Source: Microgenomates group bacterium Gr01-1014_5
GTDB taxonomy: Bacteria > Patescibacteriota > Microgenomatia > UBA8517 > UBA10165
Assembly: GCA_007376395.1 (NCBI GenBank)
Contig: VMGE01000004.1
Location: forward strand, 6,431-70,430
Reading direction: 5' to 3'
Length of the DNA: 64,000 bases
Notes under the pieces: model-generated
Seen by the model: only the letters and a program-made list of their open reading frames with translations
What the model was told of the DNA's origin: nothing
Database searches by the model: none
Program-made: the position numbers and the translations under genes
Part shown: positions 1 to 9,734 of the stretch, piece by piece
Position numbering within the stretch: position 1 is the stretch's first letter
Layout: the number at the start of each line of letters is the position of its first letter

Positions 1-1
1 A

Positions 2-166
2 AAATTTTCTAAATATCGGGATGAAGTTCTAGGTTTTAAACAGGAAGTGCTCGGCGAGATTGAGAAGTTGAGAGAAGAATCCTCAGTCTCGGCATATCAA
101 TAGAAAAGAATAACAGATCGCGTTGAGGTGGTAGAGAAGCATTTGAATATTACTCCGCAAGACTAA
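2..166 (+). pseudogene. 3' end of small coiled-coil hypothetical protein with in-frame TAG at 101-103
   Basis: Frame 2 reads KFSKYRDEVLGFKQEVLGEIEKLREESSVSAYQ*KRITDRVEVVEKHLNITPQD*; heptad-like pattern continues past the stop. Confidence 0.45.
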
Positions 167-218
167 TTTTCCTGATCAAAAAGTTGCTACAAAAAGCTTC
201 GTTTGAGTACAATTAGTT

Positions 219-1163
219 ATGTTGAAAAAATTCCTTTTTGTGAGCCTTATCGTATCAATTGTTGCTGGCGGGCAATTGACAGACGCTGTCAAAGCAGGGA
301 AGATTCCCACAAAGTTCGAGTACTCCGCTTGTGACACTCCGATTTATTACAGCGTTGGCGAAGTAGACGAGAAATTCGGGGTTAAAAAGGAAAATTTTTT
401 ATCTTCTGTGAACCGCGCGGCGCAAATTTGGAACAAAGAAGCAGGAAGAGACATTTTCCGTTATACAATGAACGAGAACTTAGCCTCAAAAGGTGAGACC
501 CTGCAGATTCATTTTAAGTACGATAAACGTCAGGCATTAACGACACAAATAGGTCAAATTACAGGGAAAGTTTATAAAGACGAAAGTTCGTTAAGGGCGG
601 CGATTACAGACTATGAAGGCAAAGTTGCGGATTTTAACTCGCGCATGGAAGCTTTTAACGCCGAAGTGCAGAAATGGAATGAAAAAGGCGGCGTTTCGCC
701 AGAGGAATACGAACGGTTGCGAGGCCAAGAGCGCCAATTACAGGAGGAGGCAACTTCTCTTGCCAATCTTGCCAAGGAGTTAAGCCTATCGTCTGAGAAA
801 TACAGCTCGCAAGTGGGAAAGCTAAACTCAACAATTGAGGCTTTTAATTCGGAACTTGCGCGCCGGCCTGAAGAAGGACTGTTTAATCCTAACAATAATA
901 CAATTGAAATTTATTTTTTCGCCAACCAAACAGAGCTTTTACACACCCTGGCTCATGAACTCGGACACGCGCGGGGACTAGAACATATAAATAACGAGAG
1001 TGAGATTATGTTCCCATACACAACTGATGTTTTAATGCCGGGAGAAGAAGACAGGCTTCAATTGAATGAAATCTGCCGCGAGAGAGATATTATTGACGAG
1101 ACATTGCAGACGGGAAGGGCTTTTATTGAAAAATACAAACTACTTCTAATTCAAAATTTTTGA
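219..1163 (+). CDS. Matrixin/M10-like zinc metalloprotease with coiled-coil insert
   Basis: HELGHARGLEH (HExxHxxGxxH) plus Met-turn IMFP; N-terminal signal/TM. Confidence 0.85.
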   Translation: MLKKFLFVSLIVSIVAGGQLTDAVKAGKIPTKFEYSACDTPIYYSVGEVDEKFGVKKENFLSSVNRAAQIWNKEAGRDIFRYTMNENLASKGETLQIHFKYDKRQALTTQIGQITGKVYKDESSLRAAITDYEGKVADFNSRMEAFNAEVQKWNEKGGVSPEEYERLRGQERQLQEEATSLANLAKELSLSSEKYSSQVGKLNSTIEAFNSELARRPEEGLFNPNNNTIEIYFFANQTELLHTLAHELGHARGLEHINNESEIMFPYTTDVLMPGEEDRLQLNEICRERDIIDETLQTGRAFIEKYKLLLIQNF

Positions 1164-1186
1164 ATTGACAATTCGGGATTGGAAAG

Positions 1187-1828
1187 CTAAAAATCTTGTA
1201 GAATAGAGGCAATTGCTTGAGTTCTATCTGGCTCTTTCGGCCAACGCTGCATATCTTCATTGTAGTTAGCTTCTTTTGGAAACTTGAAAGGGTCATCAAA
1301 TCCTCTTCTTTTATACCAATGGTAAATATCTCCCTGGCCCAATTTACCCCCCTTGTCAACCGGATTTAAGTATACCCTCCATGATTTAATATCAGCCAAG
1401 GTACACAGATTCTGCATAAGAAAACTTCCGACACCCTCTGCACGGCTATATCCAAACTCAGGTGGTAAATGCTCTGTTTCAGTTCGAACCATGTCTACTC
1501 TAATCGCCAAAGCATTGTCTGGAGGGTCTAGATTCTCAATTTCTAAAAATCCTACTTTCCCATTGCCCAAGTTGTGTCTCTCGAGCCATTTGTCAAAACC
1601 GGCACTAATTTTCTCAGTTCTCATCATTTCGTCAGCTGCGGGTTTTTGCTCCTCCCAATTTGGAACGCTAACCGACCACACAAAGTCTGCCGGTTCAACA
1701 GGGATATCTCCTTCAAAAATATAGCGCAATCCTTTTATCACAACCTCTTGTTTAAAGTGTAATGGTTGAGGAGACTCAAGTTCTGCGGATTGAAGATCGC
1801 CTCCTGTCTCTGATGAAGTTGCAGACAT
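1187..1828 (-). CDS. Hypothetical protein, GNAT-like C-terminus
   Basis: RAEGVGSFLM and WYKRRGF resemble acetyl-CoA-binding motifs; start moved to MSATSS. Confidence 0.5.
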   Translation of the reverse strand: MSATSSETGGDLQSAELESPQPLHFKQEVVIKGLRYIFEGDIPVEPADFVWSVSVPNWEEQKPAADEMMRTEKISAGFDKWLERHNLGNGKVGFLEIENLDPPDNALAIRVDMVRTETEHLPPEFGYSRAEGVGSFLMQNLCTLADIKSWRVYLNPVDKGGKLGQGDIYHWYKRRGFDDPFKFPKEANYNEDMQRWPKEPDRTQAIASILQDF

Positions 1829-1910
1829 CTTATATAAGTATATCACCTGCAGTTTCTTGGAACTTAGGACGAAACTGGGTTTGGCTGAGGGATTGTTGTA
1901 GAATAATACT

Positions 1911-4118
1911 GTGAACCAAGTAAAAAATAACCAACCTCAAAACTCACTCGCTTTTTTGTTTGTTAAAATCCCTGCTAAAAACGAGGCCAAAGCTTCAGAG
2001 ATGGAGGAGTTTTTGAAGGCTTTGCATCGCGTCCTTCCGAACGGATCTACCATCTCTTTGGAAATGATGTCTCGGGATCAATTTTTACGTTTTTATATTG
2101 TCATTGAAAGAATTTACAAATCAGCTTTCGAATCTCAGTTGTATTCCCAATATCACGATGCGGAAGTCGAAGAAGCGGTAGAATATGTGCCCCAATTCGG
2201 AGTAAATACTGCTTTTGCAGAGGTTACTTTCCGCCACCATAGCATGCGGCCAATTGCGACACATAAAGAAAATCAGGAAGATTTCTTGAAAAGTTTTACT
2301 GCCTTTTTGTCTAAAACAGATCCTGGTGAAGAAATTTACATGCAGCTTGTAGTTAATAGAGTAGGATCGAAGCCCTGGAACCGGGGTTTATCTGGCATCG
2401 CTTCTCTGTTTAGTGGTAAACAATACACAAAAGAAGGAGAGGCAACAGCATCAACCTTAAAAATATCCCAAGATTTGTTTCGGGGAAGATTACTACTGGC
2501 TTATACGGCACAGGATAAAACAGTTGCAAAACAAAAGTTAAATCTTTTAATTAACTTATACAAACACACAGATTCAGGTAACAAACTAAGGAAGAAATGG
2601 TTTAATCTTTTCAGAGACTTATCGCTCGATTTCAAAACCCGTAAAGTTTCAGGGGGAGATTTTTGGAGTCCTGCCGAAATTGCAACAATCTATCACTTCG
2701 TTCCATATAAAGGAACCGTAGTTTCAAACGTTGTGAGCACAACTTCCCGTCGTTCTCCTGCGCCTGATTTTCTCCCCCGCGAAGGTTCGACAGCAGAGAG
2801 TAAAATTTCCTTGTTTGGAGTTACAAACTACAGGAACGACAACAAAAAATTTGGAATTTTGCGCGCAGATCGGTCAAAACACCTTTATGTTGTCGGTAAA
2901 ACAGGTTCAGGAAAAACCAAGCTTTTAGAGTTGTTAGTTATTGCTGATATTTTACAGGGGCACGGTTGTTGTTTTTTGGATCCGCATGGAGATTCGGCAG
3001 ACGAAATCTTAAAATATGTTCCAGAAGCGCGTATTAAAGATGTGGTTTATATTAACCCGACAGACCGTGATTTCCCGGTGGGATTCAATCCTCTTGAGCC
3101 GACTCAAGATTATGAGGAACGTCACAGACTTGCGTATTTCTTCGTCTCAATTTTCAAGAAAGAGTTCACGGCAACTTGGAACCCTAGAATGGAACATTTA
3201 ATCCGTTTTATTGTTTTGGCACTTCTTGAGACTCCAGACTCTAATATCTTAGGCATTGAGCGGATGTTGTCAGACACTGGATTTCGGCAAAGGGTTATCC
3301 GCCAAATCCAAGACCCTGTAGTGAAAAGCTTTTGGGCAAATGAATATGGAACTTGGGCAGAACGTTACGCTAACGACGCGGTTGTACCCATCTTAAACAA
3401 AGTAGGACAATTTATTTCCAACCCTGTAATGCGCAATATGGTAGGGCAAACCAGAAACGCTCTCGATTTTGAAGCTTTTATGAATGATGGCAAAATAGTG
3501 GTTATTAATATGTCTAAAGGAAGGCTGGGCGAAGAAAACATTGGGCTTTTGGGCTCCATGTTTGTTACCCGGATACAACAAGCAGCCCTCTCCCGTTCAA
3601 AAATACGGGAAGAAGACCGCCGGCCATTTTATTTTTATGTTGACGAGTTTCAGAACTTTGCTAACGATGCTTTGGCGACCATCCTTTCTGAGGCACGAAA
3701 ATACCAGCTCTGCATGACTATCGCTCACCAATATATTGCCCAGCTTCCCCAAGCAGTTAAAGACGCAACGTTTGGAAATGTAGGATCGCTTATTTCGTTT
3801 GGAGTTGGCGGGGACGACGCTAGTTATTTAACCAAAGAGCTGTTGCCGACTTTTTCACCCGAGGATTTAATCAATCTGGACAACCGCGATATGTATTTAA
3901 AAATTTTAGTAAACGGAAAAGTGACTCCGCCATTCTCTGCCCGCACCATTGACATGCCCAAACCCGAGGTTGATAACACCCGTGAGATTTTAAGTTATTC
4001 GAGAATGACTTACGGAAAAAATAGAATAGAGGTAGAGAGGGAAATAGAAAAATGGACTGCGGTTTCAGAATCAGTAACTGCCTCAGGCGAGGATTCTTTC
4101 CCGGAACCGATTCTTTAG
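1911..4118 (+). CDS. VirD4/TraG/HerA-like ATPase (CPR T4SS coupling-protein-like)
   Basis: Walker A GKTGSGKT, DPHGD, Walker B YVDEFQNF, LSEARKY, AHQYIAQL. Confidence 0.85.
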   Translation: MNQVKNNQPQNSLAFLFVKIPAKNEAKASEMEEFLKALHRVLPNGSTISLEMMSRDQFLRFYIVIERIYKSAFESQLYSQYHDAEVEEAVEYVPQFGVNTAFAEVTFRHHSMRPIATHKENQEDFLKSFTAFLSKTDPGEEIYMQLVVNRVGSKPWNRGLSGIASLFSGKQYTKEGEATASTLKISQDLFRGRLLLAYTAQDKTVAKQKLNLLINLYKHTDSGNKLRKKWFNLFRDLSLDFKTRKVSGGDFWSPAEIATIYHFVPYKGTVVSNVVSTTSRRSPAPDFLPREGSTAESKISLFGVTNYRNDNKKFGILRADRSKHLYVVGKTGSGKTKLLELLVIADILQGHGCCFLDPHGDSADEILKYVPEARIKDVVYINPTDRDFPVGFNPLEPTQDYEERHRLAYFFVSIFKKEFTATWNPRMEHLIRFIVLALLETPDSNILGIERMLSDTGFRQRVIRQIQDPVVKSFWANEYGTWAERYANDAVVPILNKVGQFISNPVMRNMVGQTRNALDFEAFMNDGKIVVINMSKGRLGEENIGLLGSMFVTRIQQAALSRSKIREEDRRPFYFYVDEFQNFANDALATILSEARKYQLCMTIAHQYIAQLPQAVKDATFGNVGSLISFGVGGDDASYLTKELLPTFSPEDLINLDNRDMYLKILVNGKVTPPFSARTIDMPKPEVDNTREILSYSRMTYGKNRIEVEREIEKWTAVSESVTASGEDSFPEPIL

Positions 4119-4122
4119 AAAA

Positions 4123-5046
4123 TTAATACTTGAGAGGTCCCCAGCCAAAGTTTCTGGAATTTATCTCAGCCTGTAGGAGAGGAACAATTCTTTCGTATTC
4201 TTCGCGGGTCAGCTGCCGATTTAATATGCAGTATTGCATATTTTTAAGACCTGTGCAGCCAAAACAGTATTTGCAGTTTCCGCAATCAATAACATAAGAA
4301 GAGTCTTGACAATGACCTGACCAGATAACATAGTCGCAGTTAAATAGAGAAGTCGAATCCGACACCTCATAACTCAGTTGGCACTCGCCAGAACTATCAA
4401 TGTCGAAACAAGTTTTATTATCGTGAGCGTCATAAAGATATCCCGAGTTTTCGTTCTTGCTGGCGTCAAAACAAAGATAACAATTCTTGTTGTAGTAAAT
4501 ATAATTTCCAAAACTTGAATTAATGTTACCCTGCTCATTTGTTTGTGTCCAAGGGAAGCGATGGCCTAAAGTCCCAACTTCTTTTAGAACATCTTCTGGT
4601 TTCCAGGCAAGGTATTTTGGTAATAGTTGTTTGTATTCAGCCTCAGATAATTGACGGTTAAAAATACAAAACGATTTATTTTTTAGATTTATACAACCAA
4701 AGCAGTCGTGGCAGTTGCTGGACCATGTACAGAAATACGAATCGCGCATATTTTCACAATGATTAAGGTAATTACAGTTGTAGCACTTATAAGCGTCTGT
4801 GCACTCATAGCACAGTTCAGATTCCAAGCAATAGTCGCAATCCGCACTTTTTACCGTTAGGTAGCAATTATAAAGAAACAAGGAATCGTTAGACTTTGAT
4901 GTGTCAAATGTCCAATAAACGTTCTTGCAGAAATAAGTGCTGTTTGCCCATTCAACATTTTCTGTATTCATAAGGAGTGTGGGTCTTCTTGGGCGTAGAT
5001 TATTTAATCGTACAAGCTCTTGGAAAAATAAATCTGCTGTCAGCAT
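4123..5046 (-). CDS. Cys-rich repeat protein of a CPR-typical family
   Basis: Two copies of CxxCFGCxxLKNxxY/FCIxNRQL. Confidence 0.75.
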   Translation of the reverse strand: MLTADLFFQELVRLNNLRPRRPTLLMNTENVEWANSTYFCKNVYWTFDTSKSNDSLFLYNCYLTVKSADCDYCLESELCYECTDAYKCYNCNYLNHCENMRDSYFCTWSSNCHDCFGCINLKNKSFCIFNRQLSEAEYKQLLPKYLAWKPEDVLKEVGTLGHRFPWTQTNEQGNINSSFGNYIYYNKNCYLCFDASKNENSGYLYDAHDNKTCFDIDSSGECQLSYEVSDSTSLFNCDYVIWSGHCQDSSYVIDCGNCKYCFGCTGLKNMQYCILNRQLTREEYERIVPLLQAEINSRNFGWGPLKY

Positions 5047-5047
5047 A

Positions 5048-5368
5048 TTATTGTGGAGTATTTGTATCAGGTAATGGTTCGTTGACCATTAAATCGCCTT
5101 CAACATTCCATTTGTCATAATCCTCGCGGCATAATATTGGACTAGTGGCAGTTTGCGGATCATAAGAAGTAACAATATCTTTCCCGCATTTAGAACACTT
5201 AGCTCGGTAAAGTTTTCGTCCTCCACGAAGCTCCAAACGTCTCGCTTGGCGGCATTCAGGGCATTGAGAGGGAGTTGGTAAGTTCTTTTCGCGTAGAAAC
5301 TGTTGTTCTTGGTCAATGACCAAAAACTGTTTTGTACACTTTGCGCAAGTCTGTGTTATAGCGGCCAT
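5048..5368 (-). CDS. Zinc-ribbon protein
   Basis: CAKC..CPECRQARR..CSKCGK. Confidence 0.75.
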   Translation of the reverse strand: MAAITQTCAKCTKQFLVIDQEQQFLREKNLPTPSQCPECRQARRLELRGGRKLYRAKCSKCGKDIVTSYDPQTATSPILCREDYDKWNVEGDLMVNEPLPDTNTPQ

Positions 5369-5466
5369 TTTATGATGTGATTACAGAATAATGTATGGAT
5401 TTGCGAATGTAAAGTAATTTCGACCTTGACAGGGGCTGCTGCACTCATGTTAAAGTTAATTTTAGA

Positions 5467-5799
5467 ATGACTCCGGGCGGTAAAGAAGCAATTCTTCCCA
5501 AAACCATCCTTTCTCTTGCTCCCGATATATACACCCCTGACCACGATACACCACAGGTGAGAATAGCTTGGGCTGGCGGCAGTTTTCTTATTGCTGTTAG
5601 ACACAGTTGCCCAGAGTATTGTGAGCCAAGCAGTCCCAAGTGTAGCGGAGTGGTAGTTGTTCCTGTAGCGTCAAGGGATATCGGTGATAAAAAGCGTTTT
5701 TGCGATAATTGCCAACAAGAGGTGCTTGTTAAAGGTGTCGGAGGGTTACGGATTGAAGCTGCTTCTATTCTTCAAGCCATGCAGAAAAACAGACTATAG
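5467..5799 (+). CDS. Hypothetical Cys-containing protein
   Basis: ORF with CxxC pairs; TTGACA at 5427 upstream. Confidence 0.5.
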   Translation: MTPGGKEAILPKTILSLAPDIYTPDHDTPQVRIAWAGGSFLIAVRHSCPEYCEPSSPKCSGVVVVPVASRDIGDKKRFCDNCQQEVLVKGVGGLRIEAASILQAMQKNRL

Positions 5800-5847
5800 A
5801 GAGTAATTTTGCATTCTTCTTGCCGGTTTGCTAAAATACTTACGTTT

Positions 5848-5922
5848 ACACACATTCGGCCTGTAATGGTTCCTGCAGAGCGATCTGTTAATCCCCAGGA
5901 CGAATGGAGGCAAAAAGGAACC
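5848..5922 (+). promoter_or_regulatory. rpsB (S2) autoregulatory leader
   Basis: ACACACATTCG...CGAATGGAGGC stem and GGTTCCT/AGGAACC pairing, as in known S2 leaders. Confidence 0.65.
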
Positions 5923-5925
5923 TTT

Positions 5926-6007
5926 TAAGTAATAAGTAACAAGCGAAAAGTAAGAAGTTAAATCGCTTTAGAGAATTCTTGTTACTTGTTGCTTATCACT
6001 TTTTACT
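5926..6007. repeat. Inverted heptamer array (NAAGTAA type)
   Basis: taagtaa taagtaa caagcga aaagtaa gaagtta ... ttacttg ttgctta tcacttt ttactat. Confidence 0.8.
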
Positions 6008-6013
6008 ATCATT

Positions 6014-6751
6014 ATGAATATATCACTTGAACAATTATTGGAAGCCGGAAGCCATTTTGGACATCAGGTTAGACGCTGGAATCCGAAAATGGCTCCTTAT
6101 ATTTACGCCCAGCACGACGGGGTGCATGTTTTTGACCTGACTAAAACTAAAGCAGGATTAGAAGAAGCGTGCGAAGCGGTTAAAAAAGCCGTTACAGAAG
6201 GGCAAGTTATTCTTTTTGTAGCTACAAAGCGCCAGGCAAAGGATATCGTCACCCAAGCGGCTCAAAGTGTCGGTATGCCGTTTGTCTCAACCCGCTGGTT
6301 AGGCGGAATGTTAACCAACTTTGATCAAATAAAGCGTTCTTTGCGTAAGCTTCAAGATCTTAAGAAATCCCGCGATTCTGGCGAATTTGATGAATACACT
6401 AAACACGAACGTTTACTTCTTGACCGTGAGATAGCAAGCCTCGAAAGAATGCTTGGGGGAGTGGCAAGTCTTACCAAGACCCCTGATATGTTGTTTGTGC
6501 TGGATACCCACGAAGAAGCGACGGCGGTTCGCGAGGCAAACAAGATAGGAATTCCGGTTGTGGGAGTGGTTGATACTAACGGAGATCCGCAGATTATCGA
6601 TTATCCAATTCCGGCAAATGACGACGCGGTCAAAAGTATTACACTGCTTGTTAACGCTATTACCGAAGCTGTTAAAGAAGGGCAGAAAAAGATTGAGATA
6701 GAGACAGAGAAAGAGAATAAAAAGAAGGCTAAGGAAGAAAAGAAACTCTAA
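6014..6751 (+). CDS. rpsB: 30S ribosomal protein S2
   Basis: LLEAGSHFGHQVRRWNPKM, RWLGGMLTNF, IPANDDA. Confidence 0.99.
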   Translation: MNISLEQLLEAGSHFGHQVRRWNPKMAPYIYAQHDGVHVFDLTKTKAGLEEACEAVKKAVTEGQVILFVATKRQAKDIVTQAAQSVGMPFVSTRWLGGMLTNFDQIKRSLRKLQDLKKSRDSGEFDEYTKHERLLLDREIASLERMLGGVASLTKTPDMLFVLDTHEEATAVREANKIGIPVVGVVDTNGDPQIIDYPIPANDDAVKSITLLVNAITEAVKEGQKKIEIETEKENKKKAKEEKKL

Positions 6752-6864
6752 GCGCTAAATCCTAAATTCTAAACAATATTTAAATTACAATTTTCCAAGG
6801 TTTAAAACATTAGTATTTACAATTTGTAATTTATTTAGAGTTTAGATATTAGATATTAGAATTT
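6746..6864. repeat. Inverted heptamer array (NNCTAAA type)
   Basis: ctctaag cgctaaa tcctaaa ttctaaa ... tttagag tttagat attagat attagaa. Confidence 0.8.
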
Positions 6865-6865
6865 T

Positions 6866-7318
6866 ATGAAAATAAGTATCACTCAAATTAAAAAATTACG
6901 CTCCGAAACCGGTGCCGGAATTAATGATATTAAAAGTGCCCTTGAAGAGGCTAAAGGGGATGAGACAAAAGCAAAAGAGCAATTGCGGAAAAAAGGCTTT
7001 GAAAAAGCTGATAAAAAGGCTTCCCGCGAAATAAAAGCAGGCAGAGTTTTTTCATACGTTCATCACTCGGGAACAGTAGGGGCAATGATTACCTTGGGGT
7101 GCGAGACAGATTTTGTGGCTAAAACCGATGAGTTTCAACTGTTGGGACGCGAGTTGGCAATGCAGGCGGCCTCAATGAAGCCGGAAAACAAAGAAGAATT
7201 CTTAAAACAAGACTATATCCGTGATCCGCAAAAAACAATCGAGACTTTAATTAAGGAAGTTATAGCCAAAACCGGCGAAAACTGCCAGCTTCTTGACTTC
7301 AAACGCTTCGAGGTTTAA
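6866..7318 (+). CDS. tsf: Elongation factor Ts, short form
   Basis: IKKLRSETGAG, CETDFVAK; follows rpsB. Confidence 0.97.
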   Translation: MKISITQIKKLRSETGAGINDIKSALEEAKGDETKAKEQLRKKGFEKADKKASREIKAGRVFSYVHHSGTVGAMITLGCETDFVAKTDEFQLLGRELAMQAASMKPENKEEFLKQDYIRDPQKTIETLIKEVIAKTGENCQLLDFKRFEV

Positions 7319-7353
7319 TTTCACTTGACAGGCGTGTTATAGTAATAATTAAC

Positions 7354-7599
7354 ATGGGTTTATTTGAACGGTTTAGGAGAAAAGAAGAACCGGTAATGCA
7401 GTTTGTTAGGGTCCTGGAAGCATCTGGAGCGCCTGAGTTGTTACAGCTAAAGTCTGAAGAGATAAGCGGAAGAACTCACACAGGAACATCCGGTCAGTGG
7501 CTTGCGTGGCAAGAGTTAAGTTGGGATAAACAGCATTCAAGCGAGAGAGCTAAAAGACTTCGTGTAGAGGCAAGTGCCTATAATCTTTTGTATGGATGA
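7354..7599 (+). CDS. Small hypothetical protein at the usual pyrH position
   Basis: TTGACA and TAATAAT just upstream of ATG; overlaps frr start. Confidence 0.4.
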   Translation: MGLFERFRRKEEPVMQFVRVLEASGAPELLQLKSEEISGRTHTGTSGQWLAWQELSWDKQHSSERAKRLRVEASAYNLLYG

Positions 7600-8146
7600 A
7601 AATCAGATAAAACAGAGGATGCAGCAGGTCTTGGATTTGGTGCGCCAAGATATTGGCACTATAAGAACCGGTCGGGCGACTCCTTCTTTGGTAGAAGATA
7701 TTATGGTTGACGCCTATGGAGGAACTTCGAAACTGCGTATTCTGGAACTAGCTTCAATTTCCGCTCCTGATCCGCAAACCCTAATTATCAGCCCTTGGGA
7801 TAAGCAGGTCGTTGGCGAAATCCGCAAGGGGATTGAGGCGGCAAATACTGGATTAAGCCCGGTTATCTCAGGCGAAATTATCCGTATTAATTTACCGCCA
7901 ATGACGACTGAAGACCGAGAAAAATATGTCAAACTATTACATCAGAAACTCGAGAATGGACGAGTAATGGTGCGCCAGACGCGGCAAGATGCAAACCACG
8001 AAATAAAAAAGGCATTTGAAGATAAAAAGTCTTCCGAAGATGAAAAAGACAGGCGGGAAAAGCAGGTGCAGACGTTAACCGATCAGTTTATTGGTCAGAT
8101 TGAGACTTTAGGTATCACTAAAGAGAACGAACTTAGACGTATATAA
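7592..8146 (+). CDS. frr: Ribosome recycling factor
   Basis: IRTGRATP, LPPMTTEDR; start set at MDENQ. Confidence 0.97.
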   Translation: MDENQIKQRMQQVLDLVRQDIGTIRTGRATPSLVEDIMVDAYGGTSKLRILELASISAPDPQTLIISPWDKQVVGEIRKGIEAANTGLSPVISGEIIRINLPPMTTEDREKYVKLLHQKLENGRVMVRQTRQDANHEIKKAFEDKKSSEDEKDRREKQVQTLTDQFIGQIETLGITKENELRRI

Positions 8147-8236
8147 ATTTCTAATTGACCTAATTTACCTAATTGATCTAAACATTAGGACGTTAGAGTT
8201 TATTTAGAAATTAGAGTAATTAGTAATTAGAATAAT
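8147..8236. repeat. Inverted 7/9-mer array (CTAATTGAC type)
   Basis: ctaattgac ctaatttac ctaattgat ... ttagaaa ttagagtaa ttagtaa ttagaa. Confidence 0.7.
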
Positions 8237-8242
8237 TTTTTT

Positions 8243-9310
8243 ATGACTCCTTTTATTTTTCTAATAGTTTTGTCTATTTTAATATTTGTCCATGAACTTG
8301 GGCATTTTATTGCAGCGCGCCGCTCTGGAGTTAAAGTCGAAGAGTTTGGTTTGGGTTTTCCGCCCCGTATTTGGTCGCGAAGAAGAGGCGACACGGTTTA
8401 TTCGATTAACCTTCTCCCTATCGGCGGATTTGTCAGGCTTTACGGCGAAGAACATTCGGTAAATGTCGACAAGACCCAAGCTTATTATCACAAAGGGAGA
8501 TTGGCAAGGACAGCAATTGTTGTTTCAGGAGTATTGATGAATTTTCTCCTTGCAGTGTTTGCTTTTGCGGCAATTACCTGGTTTGTCGGCGTTCCCCGCG
8601 ATTTAGGGCATGTTAAGGTGCTAAGCGTTTCCGAAAACTCTCCAGCTTCTCAAGCCGGACTTTTGACAGACGACGTGGTTGTGGCGGTTGCAGGACAAAA
8701 TGTAGTCCAGACAAAAGAGTTTATCGAGACTGTAAATAACAGACGGGGTAAAGAAACAGAGCTCGTGGTTCGCCGCGGCTCGGAAGAAGTCAAACTTAAG
8801 GTAACCCCGAGGGAAAATCCTCCGCAAGGGCAAGGGGCATTGGGGGTTGGCATAACTTCGAGCGAAATTTACAATCCGCCTTTAGCTGAAAAACCCTTTG
8901 TTTCACTTTTTGAGGGCTTTAAACAAGCAACCTTTTGGGTGAAAGCTACGGTTTTGGGAATAACAGATTCGTTAGTGAAAGTCTTTGGCGGGAAAGCGCC
9001 TGAAGGCCTTGCTGGGCCAATTGGAATTTACCAAATCACAGAAATTGCCGCCGGGCAGGGGATTTTGGCTTTACTTTCTTTTATTGCCATACTTTCAGTC
9101 AACCTTGCGGTGTTAAATATTTTGCCGATTCCGGCACTTGACGGAGGAAGGTTGTTGTTTATCGGGGTAGAAGCGCTTTTCGGCAGACGAGTTTTGCCCA
9201 CCTTTGAAAAATACGCCCACAGAGTGGGGATGATAATTCTTTTGGCTTTAATTTTCTTAATCACCATAGGGGATATCAAGCGCCTCTTCTCCGGCGGATT
9301 TAATTTTTAG
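8243..9310 (+). CDS. rseP: RIP metalloprotease RseP (M50) with PDZ
   Basis: HELGH, LPIGGFVRLYGE, NILPIPALDGG. Confidence 0.95.
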   Translation: MTPFIFLIVLSILIFVHELGHFIAARRSGVKVEEFGLGFPPRIWSRRRGDTVYSINLLPIGGFVRLYGEEHSVNVDKTQAYYHKGRLARTAIVVSGVLMNFLLAVFAFAAITWFVGVPRDLGHVKVLSVSENSPASQAGLLTDDVVVAVAGQNVVQTKEFIETVNNRRGKETELVVRRGSEEVKLKVTPRENPPQGQGALGVGITSSEIYNPPLAEKPFVSLFEGFKQATFWVKATVLGITDSLVKVFGGKAPEGLAGPIGIYQITEIAAGQGILALLSFIAILSVNLAVLNILPIPALDGGRLLFIGVEALFGRRVLPTFEKYAHRVGMIILLALIFLITIGDIKRLFSGGFNF

Positions 9311-9313
9311 GTG

Positions 9314-9362
9314 TTGACCCCGCTGAGCGGGGTTGACCCTTCGACTTCGCTCAGGGCTTGAC
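9314..9362. repeat. Tandem REP-like hairpins separated by TTGAC
   Basis: ttgac cccgctgagcgggg ttgac ccttcgacttcgctcagggc ttgac. Confidence 0.7.
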
Positions 9363-9490
9363 AGCGCGTATTTTTGAGGAGTAAGCTATATATCAGTTTA
9401 CAAATTACCTCGGGATTGGTTTCGGGGTTTATTTTTGCGTCGCGAAGCAAAGCATAAAACAAGCTTCGCTTATGTTTGGTTAAAACAGCA

Positions 9491-9703
9491 ATGAATAAAC
9501 AAGAAAATCTATATGTACACGTAGAACCATTAGTAGGATATGTATCCCCCGAAAACGGGGAGTATATTACAATGGCGGATATAAAAAGAGCCAGAGCTGA
9601 GCTTGCAATAACTGGTCCTACTCCTCGCGTAACACCACGACCAACGCCTTTTGACCCTGAATCTCTAAAGAAGAGACTGCCATCTCAATATATCCACACT
9701 TGA
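9491..9703 (+). CDS. Small hypothetical protein
   Basis: ORF only. Confidence 0.4.
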   Translation: MNKQENLYVHVEPLVGYVSPENGEYITMADIKRARAELAITGPTPRVTPRPTPFDPESLKKRLPSQYIHT

Positions 9704-9734
9704 CTTCTGAGAGGGTGAGTATTATATTTATTTT

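Noticed and set aside
101-103. Stop-codon reassignment
   Set aside because: TAG, TGA and TAA all terminate conserved genes at the expected positions (ssb, ychF, ctpA); this is an isolated lesion
1911-4118. Conjugative element
   Set aside because: Lone ATPase of a family common in CPR chromosomes; no relaxase or other T4SS genes nearby
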